From assembly GCF_009914755.1 (NCBI RefSeq), contig NC_060928.1: a stretch of DNA of 64,000 bases. One strand, written 5' to 3'. The translations under genes and the position numbers were made by a program. This DNA comes from the human T2T-CHM13v2.0 reference genome, Homo sapiens. The notes under the pieces are model-generated. The model was not told the origin of the DNA. It did not search any database and saw only the letters and a program-made list of their open reading frames with translations. Positions 1 through 28,304 of the stretch are shown piece by piece; the stretch's first letter is position 1, and every line of letters starts with the position of its first letter.

Positions 1-296
<296 letters not shown>

Positions 297-518
297 CAAC
301 ACTGTTAATATTTCTTACTTCTTGATTTGGAGACTGAAGATCACCTTGAATCTATGTGTCAAATGGGGTTGATTTTTTGCTAGGAATTTAAGTCTCAGAA
401 CCTTGGATTTTGGTTGGAAATGATGATTATACTGATTTACTGAAATTGACATAATAGTTATTTTGTTGAATTTATTGAATGAAGTAGTTGTAAAAACAAT
501 TCTATATATTTTCTTTAG

Positions 519-577
519 AATTCGGTTCCCTCAAAATTATAAAGGCAGGAAAGCTCAAGACAAAGAAATCCAACAAG
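519..577 (+). other. LARP1B: LARP1B exon upstream of the first in-window ATG (59 nt; nominally 5' UTR, but frame open: xFGSLKIIKAGKLKTKKSNK)
   Basis: Acceptor tattttctttag|AA at 517-518 and donor AAG|gtatgt at 578. It splices in phase 0 to the exon at 993 with no stop, and the peptide resembles LARP1 KVVRAAVPKQRKGSK. Confidence 0.85.
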
Positions 578-1010
578 GTATGTCTTCATAGGAAATAGTT
601 CTTAACTGTATTGATTTTTGAAAATTGAGGCTAAGAACTCTTAGGTTATTATAAGTGTATTTTTCTTCTAATTGTATTATTGGTATTAGATTAAAGTTAA
701 TATTATGGAAAATCATAACCTTTATCCAAATCTCTATATATGCCTTTGTTATCATGTATAACTCAATTTAATGTTATTAAATAGTGGTGAAAGTTTTATC
801 ATAAGATTAAGCCATTCTTATTTCAAAATGTTCTATTGTTTGCAGAAACTTTTTGATTAATTTGGCAGATGCCTGCATATAACTGAATATAAATGATTAT
901 TTAAAACTCCTTTCACTTTTAGAAAATGTTTTTTTCCTGCTTAAAATTTCTAAAAGTAATTTCAGACCTAACACTTATTTGTTACTTCTTAGGCTAGTGA
1001 TTTCAGTGAT

Positions 1011-1052
1011 ATGGAGAATTGGCCAACACCAAGTGAATTAGTGAACACTGGA
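1011..1052 (+). CDS. LARP1B: LARP1B start-codon exon (exon 993-1052), MENWPTPSELVNTG
   Basis: Acceptor ttacttcttag|GCT at 991-992; ATG in strong Kozak context (gatATGG); donor GGA|gtgagt. NWPTP motif is shared with LARP1. Confidence 0.93.
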
Positions 1053-1083
1053 GTGAGTATTGTTTTAAAGTTTTTTTTTTTAA

Positions 1084-3080
<1,997 letters not shown>

Positions 3081-3275
3081 CATCTTTACTCACCGATAAT
3101 ATGGTCAAGTTTCAAAAAATATTTTAGCCATTCTAATAAATGAGGAGTGGTATCCCATTGCAGTTTTAATTTGCATTTTTCTGATGAATGAATGCAATAA
3201 TCTTTTCATAGATTTGCCATCAGTGTATCTTTTTGATGAAGTATGTGATCAATCTGCCCATTTAAAAAAATGGAA

Positions 3276-3648
<373 letters not shown>

Positions 3649-3846
3649 TTATCAAATACTTAGCAAATACTTTCTCCTAGTCTGCAGCTTTACTTTTAAC
3701 TGTCTTTTGAAAAGTAATTTTTTGCCTTTGATAACAGTTTTTGTCATTTGTTTTGCAATTTTAGGTTAGGTATATTGCCACAAATTTTTGGGTATGTTAG
3801 TGAAAATATTAATGGAAATCATTTCATTCTGAAAACCTTTTTGCAG

Positions 3847-4021
3847 TTTCAGAGCGTCCTCAGCCAAGGAAATAAAAAGCCACAAAATAGAAAAGAAAAA
3901 GAAGAGAAGGTTGAAAAGAGAAGTAACAGTGACAGCAAAGAAAACCGGGAAACAAAATTAAATGGTCCTGGTGAAAACGTCAGTGAGGATGAGGCTCAGT
4001 CAAGTAATCAACGTAAGAGAG
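3847..4021 (+). CDS. LARP1B: LARP1B coding exon, FQSVLSQGNKKPQNRKEKEEK...SSNQRKR (175 nt)
   Basis: Acceptor cctttttgcag|TTT, donor GAG|gtcagt, phase 0 to 1; lies within ORF 3748..4098. Confidence 0.95.
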
Positions 4022-4358
4022 GTCAGTTTGTCCATATCTTTATTTTGATTTTAGTTTTTGAAGAAAGTTGTAATGAGGAATTACATTTCATTAACTGATC
4101 TCTGGTAGTCAAAAATGTATAGTTTGTATTTCTTCAGGATAAACAATCTGCAGAGGTAACTCATTTGCTTTTGTAACATTTCTGAACTATTAGACTTTCC
4201 TTTTTGTATGTAACTTGTATTCTATGCAAGAAAATGGAATGGAGTTCCACTTAGAGGTACAGTTGTAGATACATTCTTGGAAAGTTGTGTGATAATTATT
4301 GTTCTTTTAGATCTGCATTGGAACTGCTCCCTATATTTAGGGAGTACTGTGAAAATTA

Positions 4359-4687
<329 letters not shown>

Positions 4688-5151
4688 TCAATCTTTTCCC
4701 TCATAGCATTCCCCTGTCAAAATTACACTTTGAAGGAATGAAAATATTGTCTTCATATCCTTTTCCATTTTCTTTTCTGAACTTTTCGTGTGTCTAGGGA
4801 CAGTTTATGATTTACATGCTTTGTAAATCAGTGCTCGGAGTCTTCGTAAAAGTGTCTTCAGGCGCTTCTAGGCAGAAAAGGGCTTTAAACTGTTAAGTTG
4901 TCAGTGACTGAAGCAAGGTGATTTTCTGGGAGAGTAGCAGGAGGTGAGGTTAGAGACATAGATAGACAACGTCCATGGTATACAGGGCCTTGGAGTTATG
5001 ATTCCATTTTGAATACCATGGGAAACCATTGAACCAAGATTCTCTGGAGGTGATATGGCATGGGAGGGAACATTTAATGGTAAAGTTGTTGCCAACTTCT
5101 TTAACACTTTAACTTTTACCGTAGACTGATCACTTACTTGAATAGTTTGTC

Positions 5152-8104
<2,953 letters not shown>

Positions 8105-8223
8105 TAATCTTAAAATACACATTAAGTGTTTCACTTATTTGATTAAAGTTCAGAGTGCTTTCAAATTGCAAGGGTTTAGTGAAAATTGTACATTTGTCCT
8201 TAAATGATTTTGTTTTCTTCAAG

Positions 8224-8364
8224 CTAATAAGCACAAGTGGGTACCACTCCACTTAGATGTTGTAAGATCAGAGAGTCAAGAAAGACCTGGATCCCGGAAC
8301 AGCTCAAGATGTCAACCTGAAGCAAATAAACCAACACATAACAATAGGAGAAATGATACACGAA
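8224..8364 (+). CDS. LARP1B: LARP1B coding exon, (A)NKHKWVPLHLDVVRSESQERPGSRNSSRCQPEANKPTHNNRRNDTR (141 nt)
   Basis: Acceptor tttgttttcttcaag|CT, donor GAA|gtaagt, phase 1 to 1; NKHKWVPL is a LARP1-family motif. Confidence 0.95.
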
Positions 8365-8865
8365 GTAAGTTACCATTCTAAGACAAAAATGACTAAGGAA
8401 AGACTTAGTCTTAATGCTCGTTATTTTAGTAACCACATGTATAAACCATTTGAGAATAAGTTGAAGACATCATGTCCCTTTAACCCCAAATACCTTCAGG
8501 GTATATTTCATAAGAACAATATAACCGTAATGCAATTAACAACAATGAAACTTAACATTAATACAATGTGATTGTCCACAGGCAGATTTTTCTCAATAAA
8601 GTCCTTTATAGTCGTCCCCTCCCCTGCTCCAAGGATCCATTCTGGGATCACCCATTTAATTTAATTTTTTTTTTCTCTTTAGGCTCCATTAATCTGTAAC
8701 AGTTCTTGCTTTTGTCTTTCATGACATTGATTTTTTTGAAGATTGTAGGATAATCGTATTGTAGATATCCCTTACTTTGGGTTTTCTAATGTTTCCTTAT
8801 GATTGGATTGGGGTTGTGAATTTTTGGCAGGAGTACTGTATAAGAAAATATATCATTTTCTTCTT

Positions 8866-10731
8866 TTTTTTTTTTTTTAATTTTTATTTTTTTTATTGAT
8901 CATTCTTGGGTGTTTCTCGCAGAGGGGGATTTGGCAGGGTCATAGGACAATAGTGGAGGGAAGGTCGGCAGATAAACAAGTGAACAAAGGTCTCTGGTTT
9001 TCCTAGGCAGAGGACCCTGCGGCCTTCCGCAGTGTTTGTGTCCCTGGGTACTTGAGATTAGGGAGTGGTGATGATTCTTAACGAGCATGCTGCCTTCAAG
9101 CATCTGTTTAACAAAACACATCTTGCACCGCCCTTAATCCATTTAACCCTGAGTGGACACAGCACATGTTTCAGAGAGCACAGGGTTGGGGGTAAGGTCA
9201 TAGATCAACAGGATCCCAAGGCAGAAGAATTTATCTTAGTACAGAACAAAATGAAAAGTCTCCCATGTCTACTACTTTCCACACAGACACGGCAACCATC
9301 CGATTTCTCAATCTTTTCCCCACCTTTCCCCCCTTTCTATTCCACAAAACCGCCATTGTCATCCTGGCCCGTTCTCAATGAGCTGTTGGGTACACCTCCC
9401 AGACGGGGTGGTGGCCGGGCAGAGGGGCTCCTCACCTCCCAGTAGGGGCGGCTGGGCAGAGGCGCCCCTCACCTCCCGGACGGGGCGGCTGGCCGGGCAG
9501 GGGGCTGACCCCCCCCACCTCCCTCCCGGACGGAGAGGCTGGCCAGGCAGAGGGGCGCCTCACTTCCCAGTAGGGGCGGCCGGGCAGAGGCGCCCCTCAC
9601 CTCCCGGACGGGGCGGCTGGCGGGCAGGGGGCTGACCCCCCCACCTCCCTCCCAGACGGGGCGGCTGGCCGGGCGGGGTGCTGACCCCCCCACCTCCCTC
9701 CCGGACGGGGCGGCTGGCCAGGTGGGGGGGCTGAGCCCCCCCACCTCCCTCCCGGACAGGGTGGCTGGCCCGGCAGAGGGGCTCCTCACTTCCCAGTAGG
9801 GGCGGCTGGGCAGAGGCGCCCCTCACCTCCTGGACGGGGCGGCTGGCCGGGCGGGGGGCTGACCCCCCCACCTCCCTCCCGGACGGGGCGGCTGCCGGGC
9901 GGAGACGCTCCTCACTTCCCAGACGGGGTGGCTGCCGGGCAGAGGGGCTCCTCACTTCTCAGACGGGGCGGCTGCCGGGTGGAGGGGCTCCTCACTTCTC
10001 AGACGGGGCGGTTGCTGGGCGGAGGGTCTCCTCACTTCTCAGACGGGGTGGCTGGGCAGAGGTGCTCCCCACATCTCAGACGATGGGCGGCCGGGCAGAG
10101 ACGCTCCTCACTTCCCAGATGGGATGGTTGCCGGGAAGAGGCGCTCCTCACTTCCTAGATGGGATGGCGGCCGGCAGAGACGCTTCTCACTTTCCAGACT
10201 GGGCAGCCAGGCAGAGGGGCTCCTCACGTCCCAGACAATGGGCGGCCAGGCAGAGATGCTCCTCACTTCCCAGACGGGGTGGCGGCCGGGCAGAGGCTGC
10301 AATCTCGGCACTTTGGGAGGCCAAGGCAGGCGGCTGGGAGATGGAGGTTGTAGCGAGCTGAGATCACGCCACTGCACTCCAGCCTGGGCACCATTGAGCA
10401 CTGAGTGAACCAGACTCCGTCTGCAATCCCGGCACCTCCGGGAGGCCGAGGCTGGCGGATCACTCGCGGTTAGGAGCTGGAGACCAGCCCGGCCAGCACA
10501 GCGAAACCCCGTCTCCACCAAAAAAGTACGAAAACCAGTCAGGCGTGGTGGCGCGCGCCTGCAATCGCAGGCACTCGGCAGGCTGAGGCAGGAGAATCAG
10601 GCAGGGAGGTTGCAGTGAGCCGAGATGGCAGCAGTACAGTCCAGCTTCGGCTCGGCATCAGAGGGAGACCGAGAGGGAGAGGGGAGAGGGGAGGGGGAGA
10701 GGGAGAGGGAGAGGGAGAGCGGAATTTATTC
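8866..10731 (-). mobile_element. Full-length SVA retrotransposon (about 1.87 kb), antisense to LARP1B; D-like, subfamily not resolved
   Basis: On the + strand: poly(T), SINE-R (about 8895-9390), GC-rich VNTR (about 9390-10290), Alu-like domain (about 10290-10670), (AGAGGG)n hexamer (about 10660-10719). 15-bp TSD TATCATTTTCTTCTT at 8851-8865 and 10732-10746. Confidence 0.97.
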
Positions 10732-10796
10732 TATCATTTTCTTCTTAGCGAATCACATGGGAGTATGACCTTGATTTGTCCCATTATTGAAGATAC

Positions 10797-10912
10797 TAAC
10801 TTTGATTACCCCTGTAACTTTGATTATTAGTTTGATTACAACATTGATTAATATTAACTTTGATTACCCCTGTAACTTTATTTGATTATTAGTTTGATTA
10901 CAACATTGATTA
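10797..10912. repeat. Two-copy tandem duplication, period about 58 nt
   Basis: taactttgattacccctgtaactttgattattagtttgattacaacattgatta at 10797-10850 and again at 10855-10912 with a 4-nt insertion. Confidence 0.9.
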
Positions 10913-10924
10913 TTATTATTATTA

Positions 10925-13280
<2,356 letters not shown>

Positions 13281-14124
13281 AGATACATTTTTTCACAGGG
13301 ATTGCTCAGATTTTCAGAAAGCAGAGGATAGGATATGTGGAAACAATAGGATGAGCATTTGTTTTTATAGTTTTCTGCTGAAATCTGATAAGTCATGTCC
13401 TGTGAATGGATAAGAAGGCCTAAGGAAATTTTACAGACTTAATATTAGCATTCAAAAATTTTAAATATACCTATGTAGAGGTAAATGTATTTTGATTAAA
13501 AAAATTTCCAATATATTATGAAAAACTTTAAACATACAAAAAATTGAAAGAATTGTTCAGTGAATACCTGTCTAGCCACCATCTAGATTAATAATTTCTC
13601 TGTATTTAATTCATTCATCTGCTGAATCCCTTGAAAGTAACTTGGAGATGTTGACGCTTTATCACTAATGTCCTAAGAAAATGCATCATCTAAGAAAATC
13701 ACACTAGTTTCCTAGTACCATCTAAAATCTAGTCAATAGTTAATTTTTCTCAATTGTCCACAAAATATGACTTTTAAATTATAAAACTTTAGCTAAATGC
13801 AGTGGTGCAAGCCTGTAGTCCCAGCTACTTGGGAGGTTGAGGCAGGAGGATTGCTTGAGCCTGCGAATTTGGGGCTGTAGTGCACAATGATCATACATGT
13901 GTGGGGGGGAGCATATATATATATATGCATATGTATAAAACTTGTCTATAGAAAAATTGACTTTTTTTCTATTGTTTTTCAAAATGTCATTTTAAGTTTT
14001 TATTCTAAAAGTAATGGATTCTCATAATTTCATTAATTTTTTTCTTATTAAATATTGAATATATAAGAAAATAGACAAAGTTATACAGAACAACAATATA
14101 ATGAGCTGAGTATGGTGGCACTCA

Positions 14125-14247
<123 letters not shown>

Positions 14248-15088
14248 CTAAAATCAATAATAATGATGATGATGATGATGAACAGTGGAAACTCACCCTG
14301 TTTAAGAAATGTATGTTACTATTACTTTTAAACTTCGCTTTGTGCACTCTGCAATTTCATCCCATTGTCTCGGAAAAAATGAGCTTAAGTGCATTGGTTT
14401 CTTTCATGTTTTGAAATCGCCATGCAATGTGACTTTATCAACATTCTTTGGCAGGAATTTTTGTTTTTTTAATTCAGCCTACTTTTCTTTAGATTAATGC
14501 ATGTTGGTTGTATTACTGTAAGTCTTTTCCTGCTGAAAGGCTGTTTCACTATTTGATAAAATCTGTACTAACGGTGGGTATTTGGATTGTTTCCAGTTTT
14601 TTTGATATTAAGGTACTACCACGAACATTTTAATGCATGTTTTCCAGCACACAAGTACAAGAGGCTCTCTATGGTAATTTTTTCAGACTGCAGACTACAC
14701 TCTGTGAGTGGGTTATGAAATCAGTATATTGGTTCATGATCAGGTTTTTAAAAACCTAGAGTGCTTCACATAGTAAATTTTTAAATGATATGTGTTTATA
14801 AAATTTTTTGTAAGTGTACTTGTATGTAAAATAAATAAGGCTTACTTACAGATTAAGGCAGAAATGTTTGAAAAAGTGGCTGGACGCAGTGGTGCACACC
14901 TGTAATCCCAACACTTTGGGAGCGGGAGGTGGCTTGATCTGGGAGGGGGAGGTGGGTGGATCGCTTGAGCTCAGGAGTTTGAGACCAGCCTGGGCAACAT
15001 AGTGAGAACTCATCTCTGTTAAAAAAAAGGAAATGTTTGAAAAAGACTGTTTTAGGTCTAAGCATTGAGGATGGAACTATGGGATCTA

Positions 15089-15300
15089 GGGTAATGTTCT
15101 CAGTGAGGGTGATTTTTTTTTCCCCAAAGAGTCATTTGGCATTGTCTGGAGATATTTGTTACTGGTTGTCACAACTGAGGGAGTGAGTGGGTGCTACTGG
15201 CATCTAGTGGGTGGTGGTCATGGATGATGCCAAACATCCTGTAGTCCACAGAACAGGCCCCCACACCAGAGTCTAAAGTGCTAAGGTTGTAAAACCTTGT
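15089..15300 (+). mobile_element. MER20 (hAT-Charlie) DNA transposon relic
   Basis: gttctca...ggtgatttt...catttggcattgtctggagatattt...ggttgtcacaactg...gtgctactggcatctagtgggt...aaacatcct...ggttgtaaaaccttg. Confidence 0.85.
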
Positions 15301-15359
15301 CTCTAGGATTTGCATATCTTCACATTAATTAGATTATTCCAAGTTGATTTTCAAAGTAG

Positions 15360-15806
<447 letters not shown>

Positions 15807-15815
15807 TAAGGCTGA

Positions 15816-15953
<138 letters not shown>

Positions 15954-16172
15954 TGAGTAGCTGGAATTACAGGCACTCCACCACCACGCCTGGCTAATTT
16001 TTTGTATTTTTGGTAGAGGCAGGGTTTCGCCATGTTTCCCAGGCTGGTCTTGAACTCCTGAGTTCAAGCAATTTGCCTGTCTCAGCCTACCAAAGTGCTG
16101 GTATTACAAGTGTGAGCCACCACACCGGGCCTCTTTTTTTTTTTTTTTTGGAGAGGGAATCTCGCTCTGTAG

Positions 16173-16589
<417 letters not shown>

Positions 16590-17060
16590 TAGATAGAATT
16601 TCTATATTTCGCTTCAGATATCTTTTCTCAATTTGTTTTGTGTTTTCATTTCCTTTTTACTTTATAAGGAATGTCATTTACTTAAATAGAACCATCCTTA
16701 AATATTTCGTGAGAAATGTTTTTTAGCAGTTTTATGTAGTACAAACTTAGTAGTCTTGGAACTTCTTGAATCTTTAACAGCACAATCTTAATAAAACTAT
16801 CTCTTTACCTTTCTAGTATGTTATTTTACTTGTTAGAATGTATTCTTCATGTGTCAGTACCTTTTAGGCTCTGTTTTATGCTAGAGATATTTTTGATAAA
16901 TTCTTATTGGATCTCTTCAGTTTGTATCCATCTGAAAAATGCCTGGCTACTGTTCATTAGTTACAAAGTGGAAGAAGGTGGCTATTATGTTTTCATAAAG
17001 ACAATCATGTTATTTTACTTGGCAAATCGAAGTATATAAAAATATTTTTATTTTTAAAAG

Positions 17061-17204
17061 GTTGGAAGCGAGATAGAGAAAAAAGGGATGATCAAGATGA
17101 CGTTTCCAGTGTGAGAAGTGAGGGTGGTAATATCCGAGGTTCCTTTAGAGGTCGAGGAAGAGGCCGAGGACGGGGAAGAGGACGAGGCAGAGGAAATCCT
17201 CGAT
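17061..17204 (+). CDS. LARP1B: LARP1B coding exon with RG repeat, (S)WKRDREKRDDQDDVSSVRSEGGNIRGSFRGRGRGRGRGRGRGRGNPR (144 nt)
   Basis: Acceptor tttttaaaag|GT, donor GAT|gtatga, phase 1 to 1; (RG)n tract as in LARP1. Confidence 0.95.
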
Positions 17205-17406
17205 GTATGACATAATTTTTGTTTCGTTAAATTAGATAAACTTTGAAAAAAATAGAGCAACTATCCTCTATTATGTTTTAACTAATTTTCTTTGTCTGAT
17301 AATAGATGGTTTTATGTTTGTTAACCTTTGAAGTTCTTCACTTTATCCGTAGTAACTATTTTTTTCTAATATGTGATTACCTTTCTTTTTCTTTATTCAC
17401 ATCAAG

Positions 17407-17572
17407 TGAACTTTGATTATTCATATGGTTATCAAGAACATGGTGAAAGGACTGATCAACCATTTCAAACAGAACTTAATACCAGTATGATGTATTACTA
17501 TGATGATGGTACAGGTGTACAGGTGTATCCTGTGGAAGAAGCATTGCTTAAAGAGTATATTAAGCGTCAAAT
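17407..17572 (+). CDS. LARP1B: LARP1B coding exon, (L)NFDYSYGYQEHG...EEALLKEYIKRQ(I), start of La motif (166 nt)
   Basis: Acceptor ...attcacatcaag|TG, donor AAT|gtaagt, phase 1 to 2; within ORF 17373..17576. Confidence 0.95.
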
Positions 17573-17648
17573 GTAAGTGGATGTTTGATGTAAGCAGACG
17601 GGATAGCAAAATCTGTTGCAATATGAACTTTAATGTCATTGATAATGA

Positions 17649-18029
<381 letters not shown>

Positions 18030-19364
18030 TAGGGAATGTGATTAAAGTAGGTGTTTTTAAAATTTTATATTTGGTTTATGTTGTTTATATAAGTCTCCTG
18101 GCTTCTATAGTATTTAGATATTTTTCTCCTTAAAGGAGATTAGGTAAAATGTTATTGCATAATATGAATAAATATAAGACTGTAAAGCTTCTCTATATAT
18201 ACTTGAAACTGAACAAGTAAAATTTGGCTTATTATTTGCCAATAGGTGTTTATATTAGAATTTGCAAATTAACATAAATAAAAAATGGTGGTATCTTTTG
18301 ATTTTCTTCTTAGCAATTGACTTCTGAATTCTTAAGTTTTTTTTATCTTCTAAGTTTTTCTTTGTGACACAATTAAATGGGGACTACCTTATATTTTAGT
18401 TCAGATTTCTTACTCTAGTTCTCATAGTAGTTGCTTTCTGGGTACTGAATGTGAAGTCAGGAGAATATTAGTTCTATTTTCTGAAAGAAAAAACAAACCC
18501 TATGCATATTAGTATTGTATAGGATATTTTGCTTATTTATATAGTATGTTTTTATAGAGGCAAGAGAAAAATGTTGCCAAGTAATTTGCATAACCAATTT
18601 GTTAAAACTTGAAATTTTTCTCTCCTTACAAGGTGAAGGAAAAGGGCTATTTTTGAAAGGGCATAGGCATTTAAAAATCATCTGTTTTTCCAAAATAAAA
18701 TAGACTCTACTCTGTTACTAGAAAATTTCTTTATCATCATCAGCCAGGCACCTTCCTGGGTTGCCTTCATGGTGGATCCAATTTGCTTACAGTGTGGAGC
18801 AACTTGTTTATATTGTTCTTGCTTCTTTTGTTACAGTTGATGCAAACACTGAAGAAAAGGGCCTTTTTGTGGGCAGAAAGTGCTTGACATGTGGCTGTCA
18901 ACTTCATACCACTATTACTGTCTTTTTTGTAACTTTTGCTGCCAAGTCCCTTCTGAGACCTGACAGTGGACATGCAACTCCATGTCAGGATAATCGGCCT
19001 CCAGTGTGCTCATACAAGTGAGGGAGGAGCAGAGCTACTTCAGTGTTGACAAAATTTCTGATCATGCAGTGTAGAATCCAGAGCCTCTAAGGTAGGACTT
19101 GATGATGTCCCTAGGACACTGAGCAAAATGTCAGACATGGCATTGGTCATGCCTCTTTTTTTGTTGTTGTTCTAGCAGTAGGGATTTTGGCAAATGTTAG
19201 TAGAGCACTAGGTTTAGTGTGGCTTGTTATTATTATTACCATTCTTTGATTAGTGGAGATGTGGCTTTGAAGGAGTCGTGCTTTTTACTTTGTATTATTT
19301 GGTTTCTAATATATAGATAGGCTGATTGATTGAGGTTTTGATTTTCTTTTTGAGAAGTCACTAA

Positions 19365-23665
<4,301 letters not shown>

Positions 23666-24244
23666 ATGTTCACTGAGTTTTTAACTAAGAATTGTGCTGG
23701 TTACTAGGCTTCAGAAGTATTAAACATGGCAGTACTTTGTCAACTTAGAAAACAAAATGAACTACTTTTCTGTATGTGAATTTGACAAAGGATATTTCCA
23801 GTATACCACTCTTCTCAGCGACTGGGAAAAAGGTGGAAGGCATTATGCTAACATGGGATTAGCTTTGTTATCTAATGCTTAAATGAAACAAGTAGAAGTG
23901 GCTTTGTAAAGATTTTCATCTAATTAACTCATTAAAAAAAATTATTGAACTATTTTAAGGTAAAATGAGCAGCTTAATTCTTTATATTTAGTGAAACTGA
24001 TCTAAATAGAAGTTATTAATTTTTTGGAAAATAATATTTTAAGTTTAAGAGAAATTATTAATTCAGTAGAGTTTTTTGCTATCTTATATGTTTACCCTAT
24101 CTGTGTTGTATTAGAGCTATACATATTGTTAACCAAATTACAATATTTTCATGTTAATGATTGGTTTTCACAGTTAATGTGGGAGCAATAGAAATATTTA
24201 TTTCCTACTAAATAAATGGATGAAATTCTGATTTCTCTTTTCAG

Positions 24245-24389
24245 TGAATATTACTTCAGTGTAGAAAATTTGGAACGAGACTTCTTTCTTCGGGGAAAGA
24301 TGGATGAACAAGGTTTCTTGCCTATTTCCCTGATTGCTGGTTTTCAGCGTGTTCAGGCTCTCACTACAAACCTTAATCTCATCTTAGAG
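24245..24389 (+). CDS. LARP1B: LARP1B La-motif core exon, [48 protein letters not shown] (145 nt)
   Basis: Acceptor tttctcttttcag|T, donor GAG|gtaatt; La-motif signature QIEYYFS..NL..D.FL..M...GF.P. Confidence 0.97.
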
Positions 24390-24688
24390 GTAATTGCTCA
24401 TTTGATGAACAATTTGTACTTTCTGCTCAAATTTCCTTTGTACCTAAAACTTCTCTGAAAAACAGAGTACTAAAAACAGACAATCTGTAGTTGCTTGAGG
24501 CTCAGACAGCATTCCATGATGTTTTTCTATTTTGTAAAACCTTCATAAATGTCTAACCTTGGAAACCCCTGAAAGTATTGCTAACGATGTTACTATGTAT
24601 TTTCTCCTTCCCCTCCCCCTCAATTAGTCAACCTATTTTAAACCTGATCCTTCAAACTTTAACCCTTTTGAACACCCTTGGTCCTTAA

Positions 24689-27857
<3,169 letters not shown>

Positions 27858-28304
27858 ATTAGAATGAGTTTATTAACTGCTGCCATTGTGCTATAGCAAA
27901 GTGCTGTAGCCAACTCAGCTGCCGTTTTTTATGAAGTTGTTGCCATTTTTTCCCTGTCTACTTCTGTACGAATGTAGTTGTAATTTTATTATTGTATGCC
28001 TTTTTGGTCTGTTTGTAGTCCCATTAAATCCTCAAGCACAATTTTAAGATCATTGACATTTTGTTTTTACAACCTACAGCAGTAAGGAAGGATTTTTAAA
28101 AGGAAGCTTTGAGCTACTGTTATGGTTAGCACTGATACAGTAGCTAATGATACAGTAAAAAATAATACCACTATTGAAAAGCAGAAACACATAAGCATAG
28201 CAATTTAGAAGAACATAAGTCTGCATTCACTTAACATTCATTATGCACCTACCATTTGTAATAGTAGGAAAGGTGTTCTTTTTCTGTTGAGAAAGTAAGG
28301 CTTC

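Noticed and set aside
9390-10290. Regularly repeated 35-50 nt units superficially like a CRISPR array
   Set aside because: SVA VNTR: contiguous degenerate units, no unique spacers, no cas genes, primate context.
8900-10830. GC-rich overlapping ORFs on both strands, suggestive of a CpG island or gene
   Set aside because: Entirely within the SVA SINE-R, VNTR and Alu-like domains.
17054-17260. Ser-rich minus-strand ORF
   Set aside because: Antisense shadow of the RG-repeat exon.
19100-19125. TGATGA and CTGA motifs
   Set aside because: Only about 15 nt apart, too short for a snoRNA.
24390-24458. Read-through after the La-core exon (VIAHLMNN...LKLL*)
   Set aside because: It would cut the La motif, and no convincing poly(A) signal or Alu-free UTR-like region follows.
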